From positions 338,646 to 402,645 of the forward strand of contig JAUSJC010000010.1 of the NCBI GenBank assembly GCA_030647775.1: DNA of 64,000 bases. The letters are read 5' to 3'. The notes under the pieces were generated by a model, which ran no database searches, had not been told where the DNA came from, and was given only the letters and a program-made list of their open reading frames with translations. A program made the position numbers and the translations under genes. Positions 1-9,981 of this stretch are shown here, one piece after another. This DNA comes from Candidatus Curtissbacteria bacterium. GTDB lineage: Bacteria; Patescibacteriota; Microgenomatia; Curtissbacterales; GWA2-41-24. Position 1 is the stretch's first letter; each line of letters begins with the position of its first letter.

Positions 1-378
1 AACATATCTTTCAAAGGGGAAACCCAAGGACAAGAATTGATAAGGTTTTATAAATCAAGTAGCGCCTTTATCCTTCCGTCAATTTACGAAGGCCAGCCAT
101 TAACCCTTCTTGAGGCCTGGGCAGCCAAGCTGCCGGTAATTGTAACGGCAACCGGTGATCTGCCATATCTAGTCAGGGATGGTTACAATGGCTATCTTAT
201 AAAAAACCACAAAGATGCACAGGGAATTGCCTCTCAAATCAAAAAAGCTCTATCCTCGAAAAATTTAGAGGATTTGGGTCAAAACGGCTATAATCTTGTA
301 ACACGTGACTTTTCCTGGGAAAAGTCCGCCCAAAAGACACTGGAAGTATATGAAAGCCTCACAAAAGCCCAAAATTAG
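1..378 (+). CDS. Glycosyltransferase family 4 (GT-B), C-terminal fragment; gene starts upstream of the window
   Basis: ORF 37..378 is open back to the window edge. It carries the GT1/GT4 C-terminal motif 'LPSIYEGQPLTLLEAWAAKLPVIVTATGDLPYLVRDGYNGYLI' (E-X7-E sugar-donor motif). Confidence 0.6.
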   Translation, partial: NISFKGETQGQELIRFYKSSSAFILPSIYEGQPLTLLEAWAAKLPVIVTATGDLPYLVRDGYNGYLIKNHKDAQGIASQIKKALSSKNLEDLGQNGYNLVTRDFSWEKSAQKTLEVYESLTKAQN

Positions 379-1099
379 CGTTGTTATGGCCGTTTATAAC
401 GGCATGCCTTTAGGCTCGCAGTCGGAGACGAGGACCGCAAGCTCTGCTTATCTTAAAGACGCCATCCAAAGTATTCTTGACCAAAGTTACAAAGATTTCG
501 AATTTATCATTATCAACGACGCTTCAACTGACGGGACAGCCAATTATTTAAAGAGTCTTTCGGACAAAAGAATAAAGATCATAATAAATGAGAAAAATCT
601 TGGCCTTGCCTTGTCTCTTAACATTGGTCTCAAAGCTGCCAAAGGGGATTATGTTGCCCGCATGGACGCCGACGACATCAGCCTCCCTCAGCGTTTTGAA
701 AAACAGATTAACTTTTTTAAAGCTCACGAGGATTATATTTTAGTCGGCTCCCAGGTTATGTGGATGGATAAAAATAATAACGTGATATCTGGTTTTGATG
801 TACCGTTAAAAGATGAAGACATAAGAAAAAAACTTATCGCGAGGAATCAGTTTCATCACGCAACGGTAATGTTCAGAAGATACGATATCGAAAAACTTGG
901 CGCATATAGAAATAACCTAAATGGGGTTGAAGATTATGACCTATGGTTCAGGGTCATCAAAAAAGGGAAGGTTGCCAACCTTCCGGAAAGATTAGTCAAA
1001 AGAAGGATTCACGAAAAAGCCTTAACCCAGAAAAACCATTTTAAGACAGAACTACTAGCCCTTAAAGTCAGGATCATGAATTTAGCCACTTTGAAATGA
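350..1099 (+). CDS. GT2 family glycosyltransferase
   Basis: 'KISVVMAVYNGM...ILDQSYKDFEFIIINDASTDGT' is a GT2 N-terminal signature, and 'ARMDADDISLPQRF' is the DXD region. Start moved to the internal Met (MKASQKPKISVV) to remove overlap with the preceding gene. Confidence 0.7.
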   Translation: MKASQKPKISVVMAVYNGMPLGSQSETRTASSAYLKDAIQSILDQSYKDFEFIIINDASTDGTANYLKSLSDKRIKIIINEKNLGLALSLNIGLKAAKGDYVARMDADDISLPQRFEKQINFFKAHEDYILVGSQVMWMDKNNNVISGFDVPLKDEDIRKKLIARNQFHHATVMFRRYDIEKLGAYRNNLNGVEDYDLWFRVIKKGKVANLPERLVKRRIHEKALTQKNHFKTELLALKVRIMNLATLK

Positions 1100-2001
1100 G
1101 TTTAAAAGGTAGAAAAATTTTAGTTACCGGCGGCATGGGTTTTATTGGGGTAAACCTTGCAACAGAATTAGAACAGCTTGGTGCCGACGTCACAATCTTT
1201 GATTTGGAAAAAGGTGACGATATCGAAGACTGTAAGAAATTAGAAAGTACAATCAAGAAAAGATTTGATGCCATTTACCACCTTGCCGGTTTCTCTGGTC
1301 CATCCGAAAGCAATAAAGATGTTAAAAAATCCTTCGGCATCAATACTTTTTCCACCGTTGATCTATGCAAGTTAATTCTTAAGCATTCCCCAAAAGCAAA
1401 ACTTGTTCTTTCTTCATCCAGATTAGAATATGGCAAACCGAAGTATCTGCCGGTTGACGAAGATCATCCCACAAATCCAATTTCCGCCTATGGACTCTCA
1501 AAACTTACAGCAACGCAAATGGCCCTCGTTTACAATAACAGATACGGCCTGGACGTAACGATCTTCAGGACATCAAATGTTTATGGCCCCCATAAGAAAA
1601 AACAATTTCCTGGTTATAACATCATCAACGACTTTATAGATAAAGCCAAAAGAGGGGAGACGCTGACAATCTACGGCGACGGCAACCAGGGAAGGGATTA
1701 CATCTATGTTGATGACCTTGTAGAAGCTTTTACGGCAGCTGCCAAAAACCCGAATATCTCCTCCGGGCAAATTTATAATCTTGGCTACGGAAAAGGCATA
1801 AAATTCAAAAATATGGTCAGCCTCATATCAAATAAGGCGGGTAAGGGAGAAATAGAATTTGTCCCTTGGCCAAAATCATATAAAGACGTCGAAACCGGAA
1901 GCTATATTAGCGATATATCCAAAATTAAGAAGCAGTTAGGTTTTTCGCCCAAAATTGGCTTTGAAGAGGGAATAGTCAAAACTATTCAAGCCCAAAGATG
2001 A
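1096..2001 (+). CDS. NAD-dependent nucleotide-sugar epimerase/dehydratase (extended SDR)
   Basis: N-terminal Rossmann 'ILVTGGMGFIGVNLATEL'. Catalytic YxxxK region 'AYGLSKLTATQM'. About 300 aa. Confidence 0.75.
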   Translation: MSLKGRKILVTGGMGFIGVNLATELEQLGADVTIFDLEKGDDIEDCKKLESTIKKRFDAIYHLAGFSGPSESNKDVKKSFGINTFSTVDLCKLILKHSPKAKLVLSSSRLEYGKPKYLPVDEDHPTNPISAYGLSKLTATQMALVYNNRYGLDVTIFRTSNVYGPHKKKQFPGYNIINDFIDKAKRGETLTIYGDGNQGRDYIYVDDLVEAFTAAAKNPNISSGQIYNLGYGKGIKFKNMVSLISNKAGKGEIEFVPWPKSYKDVETGSYISDISKIKKQLGFSPKIGFEEGIVKTIQAQR

Positions 2002-3104
2002 TAATTTTGTCCCCCCAACTCGGACTTTCCCAAAAGTCCATTTTGGGCGGAGAAGTTTTTGATAGGGAAATCCTTCTCGGGCTTGCAAAAAACGGCATAA
2101 AGATCGAAATAATTTTGCCTAAGGGTAAACCTCACGATGAAAATATCAAAAACTGGCACGTAACTTGCTTGCCGATATCTCATTTCCCGGCACAATTTTT
2201 TAATTTCCTAATAATTCCCCAGCTTCTCAAGTTAAGAAATAAAAACATCCAAATTATAAGACTTCACCAGCCGCAGTTTATGTTTATCGCGGCTATTTTA
2301 TTCAAATTTTTTAGTCCAAACGTAAAAACTCTTGCAACATATCATAAATTTGAGGAAACAAATTTTGGATTTCTTTCAAAAGCAGTCAACAATTTTTGGG
2401 ATCATATAATTTGTGATAGCGACACTGTAAAAATCAAGATTGAAGATAAATTTCAAGTCGATCCGGGGAAAATTACCGTCGTTCACAATGGCGTGCCTTC
2501 CTATCTAAAACCGGGATCCAAAGATAAAAGTCTTGAAAGAAAACTCAAGCTCGAAGGCAAAATTGTCCTACTTTTTATGGGGCTTTTTATAGAACGCAAA
2601 AATCCTCTTTTTATAATTGATGCTCTCGCCAAATTATCAGAGACAAATTCAAATGTAGTTTTGGTTTTTTGGGGTGAAGGTCCTCTGAAAGAAAAAATTG
2701 TAAAGAGGGCAGGAGAATTAAATATTGCAGAAAAAATTAGATTTATTGCCCCTGTGTTTGGTCCCAAGAAAAATAAAATCCATAATCTTGCCGATATTTT
2801 CGTTCATCCATCTCTGGATGAGGGATTTGCCCTAGCTCCGCTGGAAGCAATGGTCTGCGCAAAACCGGTCGTAATGACAGATGGCTATTCAGCAAGAGAA
2901 GCAGTTATTAATGGCTACAATGGTTATCTATGCCGCCCAAACGACATAAAAGATTGGGTAAATAAGCTAAGCCGATTGATCTCAGACAAAAATTTAAGGG
3001 CCAAAATGGGCAAGAACTCATATTCTAAAGCAAAAAAAGAATTTAGCTGGAATCAAGCCGTTGAAAAGCACGTAGAGGTTTTAAGGAGCTTAAATGAACA
3101 TTAA
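1998..3104 (+). CDS. Glycosyltransferase family 4 (GT-B)
   Basis: C-terminal 'HPSLDEGFALAPLEAMVCAKPVVMTDGYSAREAVINGYNGYL' is the glycos_transf_1 motif. 4-nt overlap with the neighbouring gene. Confidence 0.7.
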   Translation: MIILSPQLGLSQKSILGGEVFDREILLGLAKNGIKIEIILPKGKPHDENIKNWHVTCLPISHFPAQFFNFLIIPQLLKLRNKNIQIIRLHQPQFMFIAAILFKFFSPNVKTLATYHKFEETNFGFLSKAVNNFWDHIICDSDTVKIKIEDKFQVDPGKITVVHNGVPSYLKPGSKDKSLERKLKLEGKIVLLFMGLFIERKNPLFIIDALAKLSETNSNVVLVFWGEGPLKEKIVKRAGELNIAEKIRFIAPVFGPKKNKIHNLADIFVHPSLDEGFALAPLEAMVCAKPVVMTDGYSAREAVINGYNGYLCRPNDIKDWVNKLSRLISDKNLRAKMGKNSYSKAKKEFSWNQAVEKHVEVLRSLNEH

Positions 3105-3864
3105 AAAGCTATTCGTTGCTTCCGTGAAAGCGCTAGATCTTGGAAGCGCTTTGGCGGTCAGACTGACTAAATTAACAGGTAAATCAAAAGTCCCGATTCA
3201 TCCAAAACATCTATTAACCCAAAAACCCTGGTTTACGAAATATCTTAAAAGTTCTGATATTGTTCTGGATCTTGGCTGCGGTAATGGCCAAAATTCTATA
3301 AAAGCTTCAAAGATTGTCAAAAAAGTCGTCGGCTTGGAGCTTTCCGGTGAACTGCTAAATCTTGCAAAAGAATCATTTGGATTCAAAAGAATAAAAAATA
3401 TTAAATTCGAAATGGGAAATCTGGAGGAAAGGTTAAAATATAAAGACCAGGCCTTCGACAAGGTTATTTTCCTTGATGTCTTGGAGCATCTCATAAAAAG
3501 GGGTCAGGCTTTATCGGAAGCCAAAAGGGTTCTTAAAAATGGGGGACTGCTTTTCCTCGGAGTTCCAAATTCCGAAACCTCATGGAAGAAACTACAAAGG
3601 TCTGTTGGCATAAATTCTTTTTCCGACCCGGACCACAAAATTGAATTCAGAGAGGGCGCAATTAATAATTTGCTCAACAAAGAAGGTTTTGAAATTATAA
3701 AATTTGGCTATGGAAAATATGATATCCCGGCAAGGGGTTTGGTTGATATCATTGGCGGGTTTTCGCTTTATCTTTACAGGATAATTGATAATTTGAGGGC
3801 AAGTAAAGCGCAGGAAAATCCGAAAGAAGCTTCCGGATTCGAAATCGTCGCAAAGAAAATATGA
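3094..3864 (+). CDS. Class I SAM-dependent methyltransferase
   Basis: Motif I 'VLDLGCGNGQNS'; 'VIFLDVLEHL' post-I/II region. Confidence 0.65.
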   Translation: MNIKKLFVASVKALDLGSALAVRLTKLTGKSKVPIHPKHLLTQKPWFTKYLKSSDIVLDLGCGNGQNSIKASKIVKKVVGLELSGELLNLAKESFGFKRIKNIKFEMGNLEERLKYKDQAFDKVIFLDVLEHLIKRGQALSEAKRVLKNGGLLFLGVPNSETSWKKLQRSVGINSFSDPDHKIEFREGAINNLLNKEGFEIIKFGYGKYDIPARGLVDIIGGFSLYLYRIIDNLRASKAQENPKEASGFEIVAKKI

Positions 3865-5111
3865 ACATTCTTTTCTTAGCCAAATTCTATACGCCATTCG
3901 ACAGGGGAGGTTCGGAATGGAGTACCCATGACCTCGCCTATTTATTAACCAAAGATGGTCATAAAGTAACAATCGTTACACTAAACTATGGTGCTAAATC
4001 GCAAGAAGAAATTGACGGTATTAATATTATTAGGATTCCATTCCCAATAAAACTTAAAAATAGCAAAGGTTCAATCGCGCCATTTTGGACCAGTAACATC
4101 GTCTGGTTTATATATACCACCATTTTCTGTCTGTACCTGGCTATCAAAAATCACTACGAAATTATTCATGTTCAAAATAACGAATTTCTGCCGGCAGGGG
4201 TCATCTCGGCAAAATTTTCTGGTAAGAAAACCATGGCGACTTTCCGCGACTACCAAACCGTCTGCAGCCTTGGTTTTTGTCTTTGGCATAAAAATCAATC
4301 ATGCTCGTTTGAAGAATATTTACAAAACGATTTTGAGTTCTTTTATGATAATTATGTTGCTAATAAAAATATCCTCAAATATTACTTGTTAAAAATAGCG
4401 GTTTTAAGGGCATGGGTTATGCAAAAAATACTTTATTTTTTCGCTACCCACGTAGATTACAAAGTTGCTGTTTCCCAAAAAGTTAAAACTGTTTTCGAAA
4501 CGAATGGCATTAAAAACCTAAAAGTAATCCATAACCCAGTTATTATCGGCAACAAATTAAGCAGTTCTTACACGAACAAAATTATTTATATTGGTAAACT
4601 ATCAAAAGGTAAGGGGGTCGATATTTTTATCGAAGCCATACCCAAAATAGCATCAAGGTTTCACGATGTGTCATTTGAAATTATCGGGTCTGGGTATCTT
4701 AAAGAAAAACTGATAACCTTTGTAAGGTTGGCGGGTCTTCAGTCCAAAGTTAAGTTTGCTGGTCATCTAGGTCACGATGAAGCCCTTAAAAGGGTATCCA
4801 AGTCCGCTTTAGTAGTAGTGCCGTCCGTTTGGCCGGAACCCCTTCCAAGAAGTGTTATTGAAACGATTCTTTCCGGTACTCCGGTAGTCGCCACAAATGT
4901 TGGTGGCATAAGTGAGATTATCAAAAATAATTATTACGGAGTTTTGGCAAAACCAAGAAAGAATGACTTAGAAAAGGCAATAATTGAAGGGTTTAGTAAA
5001 AAGGATGGGCTTAGAAAAAACATTCAAGCAGATATTAATAAACTCAAAAATCATTTTTCAAAAGAAGTTTTAACGAGCTATGAGCGCCTTTATGAGGAGG
5101 CTCTTAAATGA
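3861..5111 (+). CDS. Glycosyltransferase family 4 (GT-B)
   Basis: N-term 'ILFLAKFYTPFDRGGSEWSTHDLA' (GT4 Glyco_trans_4-like). C-term 'PSVWPEPLPRSVIETILSGTPVVATNVGGISEII'. Confidence 0.7.
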   Translation: MNILFLAKFYTPFDRGGSEWSTHDLAYLLTKDGHKVTIVTLNYGAKSQEEIDGINIIRIPFPIKLKNSKGSIAPFWTSNIVWFIYTTIFCLYLAIKNHYEIIHVQNNEFLPAGVISAKFSGKKTMATFRDYQTVCSLGFCLWHKNQSCSFEEYLQNDFEFFYDNYVANKNILKYYLLKIAVLRAWVMQKILYFFATHVDYKVAVSQKVKTVFETNGIKNLKVIHNPVIIGNKLSSSYTNKIIYIGKLSKGKGVDIFIEAIPKIASRFHDVSFEIIGSGYLKEKLITFVRLAGLQSKVKFAGHLGHDEALKRVSKSALVVVPSVWPEPLPRSVIETILSGTPVVATNVGGISEIIKNNYYGVLAKPRKNDLEKAIIEGFSKKDGLRKNIQADINKLKNHFSKEVLTSYERLYEEALK

Positions 5112-6196
5112 CACTGGGTTTATTTTTAGCAATCGGTGAAAGCTTGGGCGATTTTAATTCAAAGGGGCAACTAAAAAGGCTCACCGGCTACAACATCAAA
5201 AAATACTCGGAGTCCTTCGGCAAAGTCTACATTTTTTCCTATGCGGACGAATACTTCGAATTACCGCAAAATTGTCAGCTTGTTGTCAATAAATACCATC
5301 TTCATCGTTACTTGTATGCATTTTTAATGCCAATAATTCATTATCGCCAAGTTAAAGATTGCAATATCTTAAGAGGTCTCCAAATAACCGGAGGTATTCC
5401 TGCTCTCGTATCAAAAATTCTCTACGGGAAAAAATTCACTATAAATTATGGATACGACTACTCACAGTTTGCGCTACTGGAAGGTAAACCGATCCAATCT
5501 TTATTTTATAAAATTATCAAAACTCCGATCCTGTTTCTTGCAGACTCCATAATTGTTCCCTCCAAAACGATTGCGGGAAGACTCAGGGAAAAATTTCCCA
5601 AGAAAATTGTTTACATCCCAAACGGCGTCGACGCGAAATTATTCTATCCATTAAAAACCAAGACTGATAAAAGGAGTATCGATATAGTTTTCGTCGGCAG
5701 GCTGGAAAAGCAGAAAAATCTTGAAAGTTTGATAAAAGCGGCTCGGGATTTAAAGATTAATTATAATTTAACATTTTACGGTGAAGGGTCTAAATTGGAA
5801 GAACTTCTGAAGCTGGCTAAAAATTTAAATGTCCCGCTTCAAATCAAGAAGCCAGTAGCTTACAAAGAAGTCCCCAAAATCCTAAGGAGTTGTGATATTT
5901 TTGTCCTTCCCTCTTATAAAGAAGGAAGCCCCAAAATTCTTTTGGAAGCAATGGCATCCGGTTGCGCCATCGTTGCATCCGGAATTCCCCAGATTACGGA
6001 AATCATAACAGATGGAGAAACAGGCGTGTTGACCGGACAAACGCCGCAGGAATTGGCAAATGTCATAGGTAAGTTACGGGATTTCAAAACCAGACAAAAA
6101 CTTGGACAAAATGCCAGGAAAACGGTAATAGAAAAGTACGAGATCAATAAACTACTGGCAAAAGAAATAACCATTTTAATAAATTTGGCAAAATGA
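5108..6196 (+). CDS. Glycosyltransferase family 4 (GT-B)
   Basis: 'VFVGRLEKQKNLESL' and 'LPSYKEGSPKILLEAMASGCAIVASGIPQITEIITDGETGVL' are canonical GT1/GT4 motifs. Confidence 0.7.
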   Translation: MTLGLFLAIGESLGDFNSKGQLKRLTGYNIKKYSESFGKVYIFSYADEYFELPQNCQLVVNKYHLHRYLYAFLMPIIHYRQVKDCNILRGLQITGGIPALVSKILYGKKFTINYGYDYSQFALLEGKPIQSLFYKIIKTPILFLADSIIVPSKTIAGRLREKFPKKIVYIPNGVDAKLFYPLKTKTDKRSIDIVFVGRLEKQKNLESLIKAARDLKINYNLTFYGEGSKLEELLKLAKNLNVPLQIKKPVAYKEVPKILRSCDIFVLPSYKEGSPKILLEAMASGCAIVASGIPQITEIITDGETGVLTGQTPQELANVIGKLRDFKTRQKLGQNARKTVIEKYEINKLLAKEITILINLAK

Positions 6197-7278
6197 AGAA
6201 AAAAATACTTTTTGTATATAGAACTAGACGTGGTCCGGCGCAAGAAAGTTGGCGGAAAGGAACAGGGCCGGACAGTCTGCTTTTTGGTTTTAATTATCTC
6301 AAAGAGCTAGGATATCAGGCAGATTTCTTCGATGGCGCATACTCGCCCTTTAATCCTTTTCATCCGATTTTCTATCCACTGGAGCACGCTATTATCAGTA
6401 AGGTAGGAATGGGTTTTAAACTCGACCAGGCGATATCCCTTTTACCAAAATTTAATAGCTACGATGTTATAGTCGCAACCGGAGATTCTGCCGGTCTGCC
6501 GCTTTTAGCCTTAAAACATTACGGTTTTATCAAAAAACCAATCATTTATATGACTGCCGGTCTTGCCGGAGCCCTAAAAGATAAGAACAAAAATTGGGTG
6601 GGGGATTTGTACCGGAAGATTTTGCCGGAAGCCGACGTTTTTACATCATACTCGCAAGTGGAAACGGACTTTTTCGAAGAACAAATGGGGGTTCCGAAAG
6701 GTAAAATAAAATTTATGCCGCTTGGTACCGATTGGCAATATTTCTCAAAACCGTCAAAGTTAAAAAGAGAAATAATATCAGCCGTTGGCGTTGATTCCGG
6801 CCGCGACTACAAGACTTTATTCGAAGCAGTCAAAGACCTAAACATTAAAGTTGAAGTGGCTTGTCACGCGTCTAACATTCAAGGCCTCAAAATTCCCGAT
6901 AACGTAATAATCCACTTCAATGTTCCGGTTCAAAAAGTAAAAGAAATTTATGGTAGGTCGCGGGTTTCCATAATTCCCTGCTTCGAAAAAAACCGCTCCG
7001 CCGGGCAAATGGTTCTATTGGAATCGGCCTCCGCATCATTGCCTATAATTGCTTCTAAAATAAAAGGCATAACGGGTGCCTTTAATTTCGAAGACAAAAA
7101 GCACCTTCTTTTTGTAAAGCCTCAAGATTCGCAGAGTTTGAAAGAAAACATAAATTATCTGTTGAATAATCAAAAAACAGCTACTGCCATTGGTCAAAAC
7201 GCATCAAAATTTGTAAAAAGTCATTACACAACTTATCATTTGGCAAAGAACATCGCAAAATTTATTGAAGATTTATGA
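6193..7278 (+). CDS. GT-B fold glycosyltransferase (GT1/GT4-like)
   Basis: C-terminal 'LLESASASLPIIASKIKGITGAF' resembles the glycos_transf_1 motif. Operon position between GT4 genes. Confidence 0.5.
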   Translation: MKKKILFVYRTRRGPAQESWRKGTGPDSLLFGFNYLKELGYQADFFDGAYSPFNPFHPIFYPLEHAIISKVGMGFKLDQAISLLPKFNSYDVIVATGDSAGLPLLALKHYGFIKKPIIYMTAGLAGALKDKNKNWVGDLYRKILPEADVFTSYSQVETDFFEEQMGVPKGKIKFMPLGTDWQYFSKPSKLKREIISAVGVDSGRDYKTLFEAVKDLNIKVEVACHASNIQGLKIPDNVIIHFNVPVQKVKEIYGRSRVSIIPCFEKNRSAGQMVLLESASASLPIIASKIKGITGAFNFEDKKHLLFVKPQDSQSLKENINYLLNNQKTATAIGQNASKFVKSHYTTYHLAKNIAKFIEDL

Positions 7279-8990
7279 AAAAGTTAACGCAGGAAAGATT
7301 ACTGCTGTCGCTTTTCATTATTCTTGTCTCCATTATTTACGGGCTTCCACATATAAAAATGATCCATAAATTGGGGTCGAAATATAACCCAATAGGATTG
7401 TCAGAGATTGCGTCAATACCCAAAGATAAGGCGTATGCTTACGCACCTTATGTTAACTATATTGCCAAAGGTAATTTCCCGTTAAGAGAAACTTATGTTT
7501 ATGAATACAAGGATTCTCAAACGCCATATATAGGGGAGACTCTCCCTGCAACACTTTTGGCGATATTATCAAAAGTGACAGGTTCAATACCAATGGGATT
7601 CCTTGCGGCTGATTTCATTTTTCCTCCGATTATCTTTGTTATGCTTTACTTAGTAGCGAGGCTTTTCATTAAAAATCATCTATTTGCCCTTAGCGCGGCG
7701 TTTTTAGCCGTTATCCTCCGTGATCTCGTGTTCGTCATTCCATATCCTCATGCCACCTTTCAATATTTGACGGATGCCGAGAATCAGCAGCAATTTCTTC
7801 ATTACTCACGTGCTTTTCACCCGCAAGTATCATTCTTTTTCTTCATTATGTCGGTTTTTTCTCTTCTTAAGTTGGTTTCAAATCCCAATAAAAAAATCGC
7901 CGTTTTGTTGGGAATTTTCTTCGGACTGCAATTTTATTCTTACCTTTTTGATTGGACTTATTTTTCGGTTTTCTTCTCGGTAATCTTTATATTCTTCTTG
8001 GTAAAAAAAGACTTTAAAATCATTAAATCAATGCTGATTGCCGGCACAGTCGCAGCAATCATAGGATCATTTTACTTTATAAACGGCTATCAATTTTCTA
8101 GATTAGATATTGCTCAGGATTTTATTAGAAAAATGACGGGTCAATCAGTACCGTTTCCAATAGCAACCTTAAGATTCCTATTAATCGCAGCCCTTTTCTT
8201 TATTTCCAAAAAGCGCAGGGATAACAAATTTATAACGTTATTTTTGTTTTTGCTTACCGGTGTTGCGATGGTCGCGATTTCAAAATTCGTGATAGGCAGG
8301 GATTTGGAAACATTTCATTATTTAAGAAGAGCCCTTGTTCCTTTTGCGACAGTCTCTCTCTTTATAATTGTATACAATATAATAGCGCGCAGTAGTAAAC
8401 GAATTATTTTTACCCTTTCAATTGCGGCCATTGCAATAACATTGTTTACCGGTATTAGGACTCAGGTAATTGCGACAAATGTACTTTCCCCCTGGCTAAT
8501 TTATGATCATGACCAGGTGAATTTGTTTAGCTTTTTGAAAGAACATACGCCGAAGGATTCCGTTATTGGTACTTTAAATATTGATTTGAATTATTTAATC
8601 CCCGTCTATACTAACAACAGAATTTATTTTCCACCCACTCTTAGAACAATTACCCCGACGTATGAAGAAGTCGACAGATATATTATCCTTGCCAATTTAC
8701 TGGGCCTCGATAGTAAATGGCAAAAGAAAAGCCTCGATACGTATCTTTTTTATATGTTCCACGCCATAGTGTACAGTACCGGAGGAGAGACTTCCAAAGT
8801 CAGAAATCAAACTGAGGAAAAGATACAAGAATCAGCGGACAACTGGGTGAACTCTTCAGGAAAGTATAGGCTCGATTATTTAATAGTTACTGCAAGCGAC
8901 TCTAACATAAAACCGGATTTGAGATTCCTACATCCCCTCACTACAGTGGACAAATATACCATCTTTACGTATTTAACTCCGCGAAAATAA
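7275..8990 (+). CDS. Polytopic membrane protein, unclassified (candidate GT-C glycosyltransferase/polymerase)
   Basis: At least 10 hydrophobic helices in the first ~400 aa followed by a ~170-aa soluble C-terminal domain. Membership in a glycosylation operon. Confidence 0.45.
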   Translation: MKKLTQERLLLSLFIILVSIIYGLPHIKMIHKLGSKYNPIGLSEIASIPKDKAYAYAPYVNYIAKGNFPLRETYVYEYKDSQTPYIGETLPATLLAILSKVTGSIPMGFLAADFIFPPIIFVMLYLVARLFIKNHLFALSAAFLAVILRDLVFVIPYPHATFQYLTDAENQQQFLHYSRAFHPQVSFFFFIMSVFSLLKLVSNPNKKIAVLLGIFFGLQFYSYLFDWTYFSVFFSVIFIFFLVKKDFKIIKSMLIAGTVAAIIGSFYFINGYQFSRLDIAQDFIRKMTGQSVPFPIATLRFLLIAALFFISKKRRDNKFITLFLFLLTGVAMVAISKFVIGRDLETFHYLRRALVPFATVSLFIIVYNIIARSSKRIIFTLSIAAIAITLFTGIRTQVIATNVLSPWLIYDHDQVNLFSFLKEHTPKDSVIGTLNIDLNYLIPVYTNNRIYFPPTLRTITPTYEEVDRYIILANLLGLDSKWQKKSLDTYLFYMFHAIVYSTGGETSKVRNQTEEKIQESADNWVNSSGKYRLDYLIVTASDSNIKPDLRFLHPLTTVDKYTIFTYLTPRK

Positions 8991-9008
8991 AATTTTTAAT
9001 CACGGACT

Positions 9009-9890
9009 CTATTTTACTTTTTCCGCAATAATCATAACCTGAATTGTTCTATTAAAGAGCTTTGCGAGTGATCCAAAAGTTACAAGTACTGGAAAAAAAC
9101 TTCTAGGAAGCTTCGTGTACTTATACGGAATTTCCACGTTATCTGTATATATCACTTTAAATCCTTCTGATTTCAAAACATTTCTTAAATTTTTACGGCT
9201 GAAATGATTAGCGTGATGTATAGGGTATCCTTCTTTCACAAAATAGGTCACACGTCCAAGCGTTAATAATCTAATAACATCAGCGATATAAAATAACCAG
9301 GAATCAACGACTGTCGTTAAAATAGCAATCTTGCCGTTTTTGTTAAGAAGATTTCGAGTGGTTTTTAAAAGTAACCTTGTATCTTCGATATTGGCAATCG
9401 CTTCCCATAAAGTTATAACGTCGAACCCTTTCTCTTCAAAATTTTTATCAGTAACCTCCCCGCAGTACATCCGCACATTAAATTTACTCCGGGCAATTCC
9501 GGAAGCGAATCTCGATATCTCAATACTAACTGTTTGCCAATCTCTTTTCTCGGCTAAATAAGTGAAAGCCCCCGTCCCTGCTCCTATATCCAGGAGACGT
9601 ATCTTCTTATTTCTACCGAGTAATTTTTCGAGTAAATCAAGCCTTTTGTTAAAATCACGAAGCCTGGATTTGTCCTTTGGATTCGGCGTTAAACAATTTA
9701 TAAAATATTCTTTTTGAAGATTTAAATAATAATCCTTGTCATACAGTGATTCATCCTCTTTTCTAGATAAAATCCTATCTCTATAAATAAAATGGCACTT
9801 TTTGCATTCGAAAATAGAATAGTCTTTGAAATGGTACTTTTCTAAGAAACTATCGTTCCCGCAAATTGAGCATTGGGATCTAATTTTCAT
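9009..9890 (-). CDS. Zinc-ribbon-fused class I SAM methyltransferase
   Basis: N-term 'CSICGNDSF...FECKKCHFIY' (CxxC...CxxC). Motif I 'LLDIGAGTGAFT'. Paralogue of 30828..31715. Confidence 0.65.
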   Translation of the reverse strand: MKIRSQCSICGNDSFLEKYHFKDYSIFECKKCHFIYRDRILSRKEDESLYDKDYYLNLQKEYFINCLTPNPKDKSRLRDFNKRLDLLEKLLGRNKKIRLLDIGAGTGAFTYLAEKRDWQTVSIEISRFASGIARSKFNVRMYCGEVTDKNFEEKGFDVITLWEAIANIEDTRLLLKTTRNLLNKNGKIAILTTVVDSWLFYIADVIRLLTLGRVTYFVKEGYPIHHANHFSRKNLRNVLKSEGFKVIYTDNVEIPYKYTKLPRSFFPVLVTFGSLAKLFNRTIQVMIIAEKVK

Positions 9891-9981
9891 TACATTATTA
9901 TACAGTCAAACATAGCTATAGCAATATCTCACCAATTTATTGATAATTAGCTATTACAACGTTAAATCAATAAATATTTGA

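Noticed and set aside
2501-2767. Numerous 60-130-aa ORFs antisense to or overlapping the main genes (e.g. 2501..2767, 3592..3972, 13177..13470, 18118..18615, 25319..25792, 61432..61992)
   Set aside because: They have low-complexity translations and lie entirely within well-supported genes on the opposite strand or in an alternate frame. They are typical shadow ORFs.
7774-7983. Same-strand alternate-frame ORF inside the 7275..8990 membrane gene
   Set aside because: It is embedded in a continuous 571-aa ORF with coherent TM-helix periodicity. There is no independent support.
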